Made by a program: the position numbers and the translations under genes. DNA of 64,000 nucleotides from Candidatus Fimenecus stercoravium (GTDB taxonomy: Bacteria; Bacillota; Clostridia; Oscillospirales; Acutalibacteraceae), in the NCBI GenBank assembly GCA_018711545.1, contig DVIC01000029.1, positions 900 to 64,899 on the forward strand, written 5' to 3'. This document shows, one piece after another, positions 54,113-62,620 of the stretch. Within the stretch, counting starts at the first letter, position 1. Each line of letters starts with the position of its first letter. The notes beneath the pieces were generated by a model. That model saw nothing but the letters and a program-made list of their open reading frames with translations, was not told the DNA's origin and did not search any database.

Positions 54113-54397
54113 TCACTGCTCGAGGGCGTAAACGCTGACCTTTTTGCGGTCCTTGCCCATGCGCTCGAAGCGGACGGTGCCGTCCACCTTTGCGAACAGG
54201 GTGTCATCCGAACCCTTGCCGACGTTCTCGCCGGGGTGGATGTGCGTGCCGCGCTGGCGCACGAGGATGTTCCCCGCAAGCACATACTGCCCGTCGGCGC
54301 GCTTGACGCCAAGGCGTTTGGATTCGGAGTCACGGCCGTTCTTGGTCGAGCCCATACCTTTTTTATGCGCAAAAAGCTGAATGTTGACTTTAAGCAT
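54113..54397 (-). CDS. rpmA: 50S ribosomal protein L27 (with N-terminal propeptide)
   Basis: [32 protein letters not shown]. The [13 protein letters not shown] Prp cleavage site is typical of Firmicutes. Confidence 0.97.
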   Translation of the reverse strand: MLKVNIQLFAHKKGMGSTKNGRDSESKRLGVKRADGQYVLAGNILVRQRGTHIHPGENVGKGSDDTLFAKVDGTVRFERMGKDRKKVSVYALEQ

Positions 54398-54412
54398 TAC
54401 AAAGCACCTCTT

Positions 54413-54721
54413 TCATTCCATGGTAATGTAGTCGGGATACTGCGTGTATAGCGCCTGCAAATGCAGCCGCAGACCTTGGAGTACCGCCTGCGCCGCCGGC
54501 GCCTCCTTTTCGGAAAGCGAAAGCGAAAGCTTTCCGTCGCGCTCCGAAATCGCGGGAGAAAGCCCCAGCACCTCGGTGACGGTGTTCGCCGCCATGTAAA
54601 CGGCGGAGGAAACTGCCGCGCAGACAATGTCCTTCCCGCTTTCGGCAAACTGTGCGTGCCCGCGCACGTAAAAGCCGGAGAGCTGCCCGTTACGGTCTTG
54701 CGTAAAACGGATGCGGATCAT
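54413..54721 (-). CDS. prp: ribosomal-processing cysteine protease Prp
   Basis: Located between rplU and rpmA. GHAQFAESGKDIVCAAVS contains the catalytic His/Cys. Confidence 0.9.
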   Translation of the reverse strand: MIRIRFTQDRNGQLSGFYVRGHAQFAESGKDIVCAAVSSAVYMAANTVTEVLGLSPAISERDGKLSLSLSEKEAPAAQAVLQGLRLHLQALYTQYPDYITME

Positions 54722-54724
54722 GCC

Positions 54725-55036
54725 TTACGCGTTGACGGCTGTGATCTCGACCTTCGTATACGGCTGACGATGGCCTTTCTTGCGTTTCTCGTTCTTCTTG
54801 GGCTTGTAGGTGAAGACCGTGACCTTCTTTGCCTTGCCGTTCTTGAGAACCTTGGCGGTCACGCCCGCGCCCTCGACATAGGGCTTGCCGACCTTTAAGC
54901 CGTCGTCCGTGGCGACTGCGATCACCTTGTCAAAGGTAACTTCGGCGTCTGCTTCCACAGCCAGCTTTTCGACGTACAACACGTCGCCGGGCTGGACCTT
55001 GTACTGCTTACCGCCGGTTTCGATTACTGCGTACAT
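54725..55036 (-). CDS. rplU: 50S ribosomal protein L21
   Basis: [25 protein letters not shown]. Start is set at ATG 55036, not at the longer ORF. Confidence 0.95.
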   Translation of the reverse strand: MYAVIETGGKQYKVQPGDVLYVEKLAVEADAEVTFDKVIAVATDDGLKVGKPYVEGAGVTAKVLKNGKAKKVTVFTYKPKKNEKRKKGHRQPYTKVEITAVNA

Positions 55037-55125
55037 AGTTTTTCCCTGCTTTCGATCAGTCTCGCTATGAAAGGTGCAGAAGATCTGCTTGCTGCGCCGA
55101 AAGGGCGCACCTTTCCTATGCGGCA
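55037..55125 (-). ncRNA. candidate L21 ribosomal-protein leader
   Basis: The minus-strand 5' UTR folds as GAAAGGUGC[GCGCC-CUUUC-GGCGC]...UGCACCUUUC nested helices between promoter and rplU. The position and shape are those of the Firmicute L21 leader. No covariance model was run. Confidence 0.45.
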
Positions 55126-55131
55126 CATGGT

Positions 55132-55160
55132 ATTTTACCAAAGTCCGCGCCTTCTGTCAA
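55132..55160 (-). promoter_or_regulatory. sigma-A-type promoter of rplU-prp-rpmA
   Basis: Minus strand reads TTGACA-17 nt-TAAAAT. Confidence 0.55.
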
Positions 55161-55196
55161 CCTTTTTTTTGCGGTTTGCGCGGTATAGGGCTTCCG

Positions 55197-55868
55197 TTAT
55201 TTTACAAATACATATAAGTACAGCGCAAGGAAATGCAGCACAGACCCCGCCAATACAAAGAAGTGGAACACGCTGTGGAAATATTTGTGCTTCGCGCCGA
55301 TACCGTATAAAATCGCGCCGAGCGTATACGCCACGCCGCCCGCGATCATCAAATAGGTGCCGGTGCGGTCAAAATGCTCCCAGAGCGTCCTGACCGCGAC
55401 GATGATCATCCAGCCGAGCGCAAGGTATAAGATCATCTGCACAACCTTGGTCTTATTGAAAAGCGTCAGTGTGATGGGCACCGCCGCCGCAACGACCGCC
55501 CACGCCACGCCGAAGATCACCCAGCCGAGCACGGGGCGCACGGGGACGATCACCAGCACTGCGAACGGCGTGATCGTGCCTGCGATCATCGGATAGATCA
55601 TGGCGTGATCTACCAGCCGCATGGCGCGCTTGCCGCGGTTCGGGCGCAGGGCGTGGTACACGGACGAGCAGGCATACATGGCGATCATCGTAAGCCCGTA
55701 CACAAGGCCCAAAAGCGCATAATCCCACCGCCGCGCGAGGATCGCGCGCACCAAACACAAAATCAGCGCGATTACGGAAAGCCCGCCCCCGACCATGTGG
55801 GAAATGGAATTGAGCCAGTCCTCGCTGCGCGAATAGCTTGCCAGCTTGATCTTATCGAGATAGCCCAT
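55197..55868 (-). CDS. hemolysin III / PAQR-family membrane protein
   Basis: Seven TM segments. EDWLNSISHMVG..., SSVYHAL and FHSVFHFFVL motifs. ATG at 55868 follows AAAGGAGA. Confidence 0.88.
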   Translation of the reverse strand: MGYLDKIKLASYSRSEDWLNSISHMVGGGLSVIALILCLVRAILARRWDYALLGLVYGLTMIAMYACSSVYHALRPNRGKRAMRLVDHAMIYPMIAGTITPFAVLVIVPVRPVLGWVIFGVAWAVVAAAVPITLTLFNKTKVVQMILYLALGWMIIVAVRTLWEHFDRTGTYLMIAGGVAYTLGAILYGIGAKHKYFHSVFHFFVLAGSVLHFLALYLYVFVK

Positions 55869-56092
55869 TTTAAGGTCTCCTTTCTTGGCGGCTTTTGCCG
55901 CTTCTGTTCCTAAAGTAGACCGTTTTGCAAATTTACGCCACCTACTTCGGGTTGCAGCGCGCAATTTTCCGCAACCGCAGGTTGCGCTGCCGGCAGCTTT
56001 TAAACACCACACAGTCCAAATGTTGACGAAAGCCTTCCGCGGGCAAAGCGTTACGCCTGCCCGCACCTCATCTGTTCTCTGCTCGCGGAAAG

Positions 56093-57025
56093 CTAAACCC
56101 CTTCCATCACATGCATGGTGCGAAGCTTGCGGTCGCTGATCGAATCCTGCACCGCGAAGGCGTAGGGCTCCAAATAGTTTTCCCCCGCTTTCCGGGCGCA
56201 AAGCCCCTGACGAACGAGCTCCCCGATGATCTGCGATGCGATCTGCTCCATCACTTCCGCCGCATTTTCATCCGCCGGCGACTGCAAAAGTGAAAGCAGC
56301 CGTTCGGGGACTTGCGGCAGCATCCCCGTCTCGCGTGCGGCGCGGAACTGCCACTTATAAAACGGGCTGTACCGCCGCGCGAGCAGAAAGAGCAGGTGCA
56401 GCGCGTGCGTCACAAATTCGTTGCGCGCGAGCGCCGCCGCGCCCGGCTCGCCGTGGCGCAGGCAGCGGCTGAAATTATACTGACCGCTTTGCGCCGCCAA
56501 GCTCAAGGCTGCGGCGATCTTTTTGCGCCGCACGTCCTCCGGATAGCCCTGTAAAAGCGTTGCACGGATCGCGGAAAACGCGCCCTCGCCGTCGTAAAAC
56601 ACCGCGCCGTTGGAGGCGTTCGCCAGCGCGTATTCGGGCGTGTAGAGCCATTCCTCGTTCGTTTCGGGCGCGCGGGGGAGCCCTATGAGCGTGCGGTAAA
56701 AATCCGAGATGCGGAACACCCCGACGCGGCTGTTGCCGTAAATGCTGTGCTGCTGCATTTTGACGCCGAGAAATTCCCGCGGCAATTTATTATATGCGCG
56801 CATCAGGCGGAAACCGAACTCGGCATCCGCTTCGTCGGTCAGCCAAAAGCAAAAGCCCGCCTCAAAATCGTGGTCGTGCGAAAGATCGTCGTCATAGCCG
56901 AAGCACTCCGAACCCAACCCCGCAAGCCCTGCCGCCACACGGGTCTTCTCTGCGGCAAAGTCGTTTTCCAAAAGCGGGATGCCGTAGGCTTCAAAATAGC
57001 GGCGCGAAAGCTCAAGCCCCTGCAT
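56093..57025 (-). CDS. DUF4037-like / nucleotidyltransferase-fold protein
   Basis: GLAGLGSECFGYDDDLSHDHDF resembles the pol-beta NTase G[SG]-x-D-x-D region. Start ATG at 57025 overlaps the upstream TPR gene. Confidence 0.65.
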   Translation of the reverse strand: MQGLELSRRYFEAYGIPLLENDFAAEKTRVAAGLAGLGSECFGYDDDLSHDHDFEAGFCFWLTDEADAEFGFRLMRAYNKLPREFLGVKMQQHSIYGNSRVGVFRISDFYRTLIGLPRAPETNEEWLYTPEYALANASNGAVFYDGEGAFSAIRATLLQGYPEDVRRKKIAAALSLAAQSGQYNFSRCLRHGEPGAAALARNEFVTHALHLLFLLARRYSPFYKWQFRAARETGMLPQVPERLLSLLQSPADENAAEVMEQIASQIIGELVRQGLCARKAGENYLEPYAFAVQDSISDRKLRTMHVMEGV

Positions 57026-57839
57026 AGATGCGGTCCGCCCTTTCGTCGAGATCCTTGCGGACCTTGAAAAATCCATAGTACCCGAACGCCTGCGCCGCCT
57101 TGCGGCAGACAAAGGCATAGTAGCCGTCTCGCACGGTGCGTTCGTCGTCTAAAAGCGCGAGCGCTTCGAAAAGCAGGGCTTCCACCTGCGCCTCGTCCCG
57201 TCCTGCGGCGGCGTACAGATCGGCTAAATTGATCTTCGTCACGGCGCGGTCGGGCTCGGTATGCCCGTTATGCTCCAAAATCGCATACGCGCGCTCATAC
57301 AGTGCTTCGGCTTCGTCAAAACGTTCCAGTTCCGCAAGCGCGGTCGCCTTGTTATTGTAAAGCCCTGCAAGCTGCAAATCATTTTCGGGCAGCTCCTTCT
57401 CATACACCGCTTCGGCGCGCGCATACAGTGTCAGCGCGCGTTCGGGGTCGCCGAACGCCTTGCAGGTCGTCGCCGCGTTCAAAAGGATCGTTGCGGCGGA
57501 CACCAGCCGCCCGAGCCCGAGCGTGTCGATAAGCTCCAACCCGCGCTCCACCGCGCCCATGCCCCAGCCGCGGTCATTCGTCTTGCGCGCAAGCCCCATG
57601 ATCTCGCTTTGCACCGAAAGCTCGCCGCGTTTATCCTTGAGCGCCGCAGCCTCGTCTATCCAATATTTCAGCAGCCGCTTCGCGCCGTCGTAGTCCTCAC
57701 GGGCAAGCAGGCTGTCCAGTTTTTCCGTGATATTGGCGACGGGGATGTGCCCGTCGGGCGCTTCCGCGTCCGGGTAATAAAAATCCTTGCCCGAGCAAAG
57801 CGGGCAGGCAGGTTCCTTGTAATCAAATGCATCGATCAT
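57012..57839 (-). CDS. TPR-repeat protein with an N-terminal Cys pair
   Basis: Repeated A-x-x-L-Y-x-x-A helical pairs (ALTLYARAEAVYEK, AEALYERAYAILEH). N-terminal EPACPLCSG. Confidence 0.7.
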   Translation of the reverse strand: MIDAFDYKEPACPLCSGKDFYYPDAEAPDGHIPVANITEKLDSLLAREDYDGAKRLLKYWIDEAAALKDKRGELSVQSEIMGLARKTNDRGWGMGAVERGLELIDTLGLGRLVSAATILLNAATTCKAFGDPERALTLYARAEAVYEKELPENDLQLAGLYNNKATALAELERFDEAEALYERAYAILEHNGHTEPDRAVTKINLADLYAAAGRDEAQVEALLFEALALLDDERTVRDGYYAFVCRKAAQAFGYYGFFKVRKDLDERADRIYAGA

Positions 57840-58295
57840 CGTGCTGTTTCGCGCCTTTCGGCGCGCTCCTTTCCGGTATTCTGCGGCTTTGTGCGGCGCC
57901 CTGCACGTTTTAGAAAGCACAAACGGCGGGCTTTGCCTTTTCCGCCTTTCATCATACCGAAAATTTCCGCTTTTGTCAACAAATGATAATAGGAACTTTT
58001 ACTGATAATGGATATAGGGATTTTCACTACTGTGCCGGCGCGGTTAAGCAGCGTTGGCTGCGCCCGCCTTTCGGATCAATCAAGGCGGCAGAGCTGCGTG
58101 CAGATCATTTCTGCATCCCCAAAAGGCACCGAAAAGAGGTTCGCGCAGCCGGATGACCGTGCGGCGTCCTGCCCGATCGGTTGCGGTTACCGGTTTGCTT
58201 TTGCAAGCATTTACTTTTCCCGAAAAATGTAGTATAGTAGTATGCAACAAATACGCTGTGCCGTCTGCGGACGGCCGGCATCGGGAGGTCTTGTT

Positions 58296-59189
58296 ATGAG
58301 TTCGGCATGGAAGAAGCTTGCCATGGCAGGTATGGCTGCCGTCGCATCCAGTGCGCTCGGCGGGGCGATTTACCGCCGCATGCGTTACCGGAAGATCAAA
58401 CCAAAGCCCTTAGAGGCGTTTGACGAGCTGCTGCCCGGCGACACACGCGAGCTGCATTTGACCGCACACCGCGGGCTTTCCGCCATCTTCCCCGAAAATA
58501 CCGCCGAAGCGTTCACTGCGGCGGGCAAAGCGGGCTTTTATGCGATCGAGTGTGACACACACTGCACGACGGACGGCGTTTGGGTGGTGCTGCACGACGG
58601 GCAGATCAAGACCATGTTTGACGGCACGGGCGATGTAAAAAGCTATTCCTACCCTGAAATGCTCGAAAAGAAAATGGTCAACGGCGCAAACATCGAAAAC
58701 TACCCGGACGCACACATCTGCACCTTGCAGGAATACATCGACATCTGCAAGACCTACGGCTGCCGCCCGATGATCGAGGTCAAGGACCGGCGGATCGAGA
58801 AAATGCAGTCGCTTTATGATCTGCTCGTGCAAAACGACATCCTCAAAAGCTGTATTATCATTTCGTTCCACATCTCGGTGCTGCGCGCGCTTCGCGAGAT
58901 CGACCAAGCCCTTGAAATGTGGTATCTTGTGGAATACATCACCGACAAGAAGATCGCCGCCGCCAAAGAGATCAACGCCGGCATGGCATTTTGCGCGCAG
59001 TACAATTCCCCGCGTCCCGAGGCGATCGGGAAGATCCACGACGCGGGGCTTACCGCCGCGTGCTGGACGGTAGACTCCAAAGAGCTTCTGGAAAAGATGA
59101 TGGATGCAGGCGTACACTATGTCACGACCAACTCCATTTTGCCCTGCGCTGCGGCGCGGGAAAAAGTCTCGACCGCGGAGAATAGATAA
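58296..59189 (+). CDS. membrane-anchored glycerophosphodiester phosphodiesterase
   Basis: N-terminal TM, then HRGLSAIFPENTAEAF...IECDTH GDPD catalytic motifs. ATG follows GGGAGG. Confidence 0.85.
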   Translation: MSSAWKKLAMAGMAAVASSALGGAIYRRMRYRKIKPKPLEAFDELLPGDTRELHLTAHRGLSAIFPENTAEAFTAAGKAGFYAIECDTHCTTDGVWVVLHDGQIKTMFDGTGDVKSYSYPEMLEKKMVNGANIENYPDAHICTLQEYIDICKTYGCRPMIEVKDRRIEKMQSLYDLLVQNDILKSCIIISFHISVLRALREIDQALEMWYLVEYITDKKIAAAKEINAGMAFCAQYNSPRPEAIGKIHDAGLTAACWTVDSKELLEKMMDAGVHYVTTNSILPCAAAREKVSTAENR

Positions 59190-59192
59190 TTT

Positions 59193-59996
59193 ATGACTAC
59201 CTTTTGTCCCCTGTTTTCTTCCAGCAAAGGCAATTCTATTTACATCGGCGCAGAGGGCGGCGGCGTGCTTGTGGATGTCGGGCGTTCCTGCCGCCAAACA
59301 GAGGCGGCGCTGCACAACATCGGCGTCGCGCCCGACAGCATCCGCGCGGTGTTCGTTACGCATGAGCATTCCGACCATGTCGCGGGGCTGCGCGTATTTG
59401 CCGCAAAATACGATACGCCCGTTTATGCGACGGCGGGTACGCTCGAAGCACTCGACGATATGCGCGTTTTAGACGGGCGCTTTAACACGTTCGTCTTGGG
59501 TGAAGCGGGCACGGATTGCGGCGCGCTGTTCGTGCAGTCGTTTTGCACCCCGCACGACAGCCGGGAGAGCTGCGGCTATGTGCTCACGGCGGAGGACGGT
59601 TCGCGCGTAGCCGTTGCGACAGACCTCGGGGAGATGACCGACACGGTGCTGACGGCGCTCAAGGGCTGTGAAACCGTGCTGCTCGAATCCAACCACGATG
59701 TGCGGATGCTGCAAAGCAACCCGCAGTACCCGTATCCGCTCAAAAAACGCATTCTCGGTACGCATGGGCACCTGTGTAACGAAGCGTGCGCCGAAGCTGC
59801 CTGCACGCTGGTGGAAAACGGGACGCAGCATCTGTTTTTAGGGCATTTAAGCGAGCAAAACAACCTCCCCGCGCTCGCGTACCGCGTGACGTCGGACGCG
59901 CTTCAGGCGCACGGCGCGCAAGCGGATGTGGATTTTACCCTCACGGTGGCAAGCCCCGTCTGGACACAAAAGGCGGTGCAGCTGTGCTCGCGGTAA
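59193..59996 (+). CDS. MBL-fold metallo-hydrolase (YycJ/WalJ-like)
   Basis: VFVTHEHSDHVAGL metal-binding motif. Conserved position upstream of rlmH. Confidence 0.85.
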   Translation: MTTFCPLFSSSKGNSIYIGAEGGGVLVDVGRSCRQTEAALHNIGVAPDSIRAVFVTHEHSDHVAGLRVFAAKYDTPVYATAGTLEALDDMRVLDGRFNTFVLGEAGTDCGALFVQSFCTPHDSRESCGYVLTAEDGSRVAVATDLGEMTDTVLTALKGCETVLLESNHDVRMLQSNPQYPYPLKKRILGTHGHLCNEACAEAACTLVENGTQHLFLGHLSEQNNLPALAYRVTSDALQAHGAQADVDFTLTVASPVWTQKAVQLCSR

Positions 59997-60466
59997 CGAT
60001 TTTGGCGCTCGGCAAATGCCGGGAAACGTATGTTCGCGACTTTTGCACCGAATACGAAAAGCGGCTTTCGGCATTTTGCCGCCTGCGGACGGTCGAGCTT
60101 ACCCCCGAATCGCTGTCCGAGAACCCCTCAAAGGCGCAGATTCAAAAAGCGCTTGACCGCGAAGGCGCGCAGATCCTGGCAAAAATCCCGAAAAGCGCTT
60201 ATGTATTTGCGCTGTGCATTGAGGGCAAAACGCTTTCCAGCGAAGCGTTTAGTCAAAAAATGTCTATGCTCGCTTTGAACGGCAAAAGCGAGCTTGTTTT
60301 TGTGCTCGGCAGCTCTTACGGGCTGTCCGAGGAGGTCAAGCGGCGTGCGGATTTTCGGCTTTCGATGTCGGAAATGACCTTTCCGCACAGGCTCGCGCGC
60401 GTGATGCTCTTAGAGCAGGTCTACCGCGCGTTCCAAATCCAAAGCGGCGGGAAATACCATAAGTAG
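59984..60466 (+). CDS. rlmH: 23S rRNA (pseudouridine1915-N3)-methyltransferase
   Basis: SPOUT family. ...LVFVLGSSYGLSEEVKRRADFRLSMSEMTFPHRLARVMLLEQVYRAF. GTG start at 59984. The stop TAG is the first unit of a heptamer array. Confidence 0.9.
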   Translation: MLAVTILALGKCRETYVRDFCTEYEKRLSAFCRLRTVELTPESLSENPSKAQIQKALDREGAQILAKIPKSAYVFALCIEGKTLSSEAFSQKMSMLALNGKSELVFVLGSSYGLSEEVKRRADFRLSMSEMTFPHRLARVMLLEQVYRAFQIQSGGKYHK

Positions 60467-60733
60467 ATGTTAGACGTTAGATATTAGACATGGTGCGGGC
60501 GGGTTTTCTGCACGACCGAAAGTTAGCCCCGCCCCTACAACTACAGACTATCTTTCTTCCGCGCAGCCGCGGCAATGCGCGAAACCTGCCTAACCGCTTC
60601 TGATTTCTGATTTCTAACGTCTAACCTCTGAACGCAGCCCCCGCCCTACGATTCGCACAGGTCTTCGGCTTTTCGCAAAACCTCCCTATCGCACATCTAA
60701 AACCTAACATCTACCATCTACCGTCTAAAACGG
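60464..60733. repeat. composite repeat: one complete MITE-like copy (60464-60632) plus an additional half element
   Basis: TAGATGT TAGACGT TAGATAT TAGACAT followed by GGTGCGGGCGGG...CCGAAAGTTAGCCCCGCCCCTAC...; then TTCTGAT TTCTGAT TTCTAAC GTCTAAC CTCTGAA (60598-60632); CCCCCGCCCTAC (60639-60650); and ATCTAAA ACCTAAC ATCTACC ATCTACC GTCTAAA (60695-60729). Confidence 0.85.
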
Positions 60734-60800
60734 ACAAATTTTGTTTGCCGTGCGTCTTACTTTACAGAAACCGACTTCTGAAGTTTGAAAGGGGATCACG

Positions 60801-61676
60801 ATGAAATTTCAAAACGTGGCGATCTGCGATCTGCGCAGCTACAACACGCCCGAAGCCGCTTCGTCGGTCGAAGCGGTGCACAACGCGGCGCTGGTGATCC
60901 TGCCGAAAAACTGTGACGAGCAGACCCGCGCGGCACTTGCGAAAATCGACATGAAAAACGTCGCGTCCACTGTCTATGCGGACGCGGACACCACCTTGCT
61001 CACGTTCAACGGCGAAACGGTTTTGAGCGACAACAACCTGCCCGACGGCGACAGCATTTGCATCATCAACGGCACCGCCGTCATTCTGCCGCTTTCCGAA
61101 AACAAACAGGTTTCGTTGATCGTCAACGGCAAAGCGGTCTGTGACAAGGGCAGCCGAAACGGCGGGCAAATCAATCTGTTATGCGTCAACGGCAAGGTGG
61201 ATACCATTGACCTTTCCGGCGTGGAATTTTTGCCGGACGAGGCGATCCTGCCCGCCGAACGCTTTTTAGGCGACGGCAAGAACCGCTACTACGGCAAGCT
61301 CGTTTTTGTGCAGGCGGTCCCCGCAGAGGCGCACGGTGAAATAATGGCAAATCTGGTCGTGGCGCATCCGAGCGTGCAGAAAAGCGCGCTTTCTTTAAGC
61401 GCGGGCGAAGTCGTGTACTCGAATACAGACGGCGCTATCCTTTTTAAAAAGGATCTGCCCGAATTCCGCGTGACCAAGACGCTTTTGGAAAATGTCCCCG
61501 GCAAGCTCGTGCTGATGGACATTGCGAAGCTCTATATTGAAAAGGACGTGACCGCCGAGCTGCTGCTCGAAAAGGTCTGTCTGATCGCAGATGTTGCGCA
61601 GATCCGCGCGACTAAGGAGACGTTTGACGTGGTGCAGCTTTTGGCGCACGACGTTGCGAAGATTCGGAGAAGATGA
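60801..61676 (+). CDS. hypothetical 291-aa protein co-transcribed with an ECF-type sigma factor
   Basis: ATG follows GAAAGGGGA. Reiterated short beta-like segments (IINGTAVILP, LIVNGKAVCD, LLCVNGKVDT). ATGA overlap with the sigma gene. Confidence 0.65.
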   Translation: MKFQNVAICDLRSYNTPEAASSVEAVHNAALVILPKNCDEQTRAALAKIDMKNVASTVYADADTTLLTFNGETVLSDNNLPDGDSICIINGTAVILPLSENKQVSLIVNGKAVCDKGSRNGGQINLLCVNGKVDTIDLSGVEFLPDEAILPAERFLGDGKNRYYGKLVFVQAVPAEAHGEIMANLVVAHPSVQKSALSLSAGEVVYSNTDGAILFKKDLPEFRVTKTLLENVPGKLVLMDIAKLYIEKDVTAELLLEKVCLIADVAQIRATKETFDVVQLLAHDVAKIRRR

Positions 61677-62179
61677 ACGCGCAGAAAAAAAACGAAGCGT
61701 TTGACGCGGTTTACGACGCGCTGTTTCCGGACGTGTTCGCCTATTTCAACGTCTGTTTCGGCGCACAGGAGGCAGAAGACCTCGCGCAGGAGATCTTCCT
61801 GCGGGTATGGCGCGCGATCCAAGACGGCAAAACACCCGACAACTGGCGCGCATGGGTATTCCGCTGCGCTGTGAACCTGAAAAACGACTTCTTGCGGCGC
61901 GCTTATGCTTCGCGCGAGACGCAGCCGCTCGACGAAGCACAGCAAGACCTTTCCGCCGCGCCCGACGATATGACACGCCTGGCGGTACAGCGCGCGTTTG
62001 CGGCGCTGCCGAAAGACTGTGCCGAGCTGCTGACTTTAAAAAGCTTCGGCTTTAAAAGTGAAGAGATCGGGACGATGCTCGGCGTGACGGCTTCTGCCGT
62101 GCGCACGCGGCTGCAAAAGGCGAAGGGCTTGTTTTTGGAAAACTTGGAGCGGGAGGCAAAGACGGATGAACCTGCATGA
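61673..62179 (+). CDS. RNA polymerase sigma-70 family (ECF-type) sigma factor
   Basis: Region 2 AEDLAQEIFLRVWRAI...WRAWVFRCAVNLKNDFLRR. Region 4 LPKDCAELLTLKSFGFKSEEIGTMLGVTASAVRTRLQKAK. Confidence 0.85.
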   Translation: MNAQKKNEAFDAVYDALFPDVFAYFNVCFGAQEAEDLAQEIFLRVWRAIQDGKTPDNWRAWVFRCAVNLKNDFLRRAYASRETQPLDEAQQDLSAAPDDMTRLAVQRAFAALPKDCAELLTLKSFGFKSEEIGTMLGVTASAVRTRLQKAKGLFLENLEREAKTDEPA

Positions 62180-62366
62180 TACGGATGCTCTGATCAAAAC
62201 AGCGGTGGACGCCTACCGCCCGAGCGCACGCATTTTCGAGCGGGTACGCGCACGCATTCGGCGGGAACACAGCGGCGTAAAGGTGCTGTTCGTCAGCGCC
62301 GACAGCGCCAAGATCCTCGAAAAGGTGTTCAAAAAATATGATGCGTGGATGCAGAAAATCGCGTAA
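62166..62366 (+). CDS. small 66-aa ORF overlapping the sigma gene end (possible soluble anti-sigma or partner)
   Basis: 14-nt overlap with the sigma gene. No TM segment and no recognisable motif. Confidence 0.35.
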   Translation: MNLHDTDALIKTAVDAYRPSARIFERVRARIRREHSGVKVLFVSADSAKILEKVFKKYDAWMQKIA

Positions 62367-62531
62367 CGCGCAGGTAAAATCTGCTCGGCAACCAAGGCTT
62401 GCGCAGCGCAACTCCCAAAGGCGTCGTTGCATGCCGCTCCGGGGGCGCGCCCCTCGACCCCGCCGCCTGCCCCCAAGGCAGGCGAAAACTTTTACGTTTT
62501 TTGCTTTATTAAATTTTCTTCAACCTATTAA

Positions 62532-62579
62532 AGGGCAGCAAGCCGATTTCGGCTTGCTGCCCTCTTTTCTTATCTTTTA
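62532..62579 (+). terminator. intrinsic terminator between the sigma module and the convergent ATPase gene
   Basis: 14-bp stem AGGGCAGCAAGCCG/CGGCTTGCTGCCCT followed by CTTTTCTTATCTTTT. Confidence 0.65.
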
Positions 62580-62620
62580 CCCGCAGGCTTTACATCCCTG
62601 CGTGCCGCGTGCCTGCGGCT

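Noticed and set aside
55869-56201. 111-codon N-terminal extension of the hemolysin III ORF (similar extensions exist for rimP, rplU, phoP, rlmD, rlmH and others)
   Set aside because: Internal ATG/GTG codons preceded by an SD give products that start where the families normally start. The extensions are Arg/Gly/Cys-rich.
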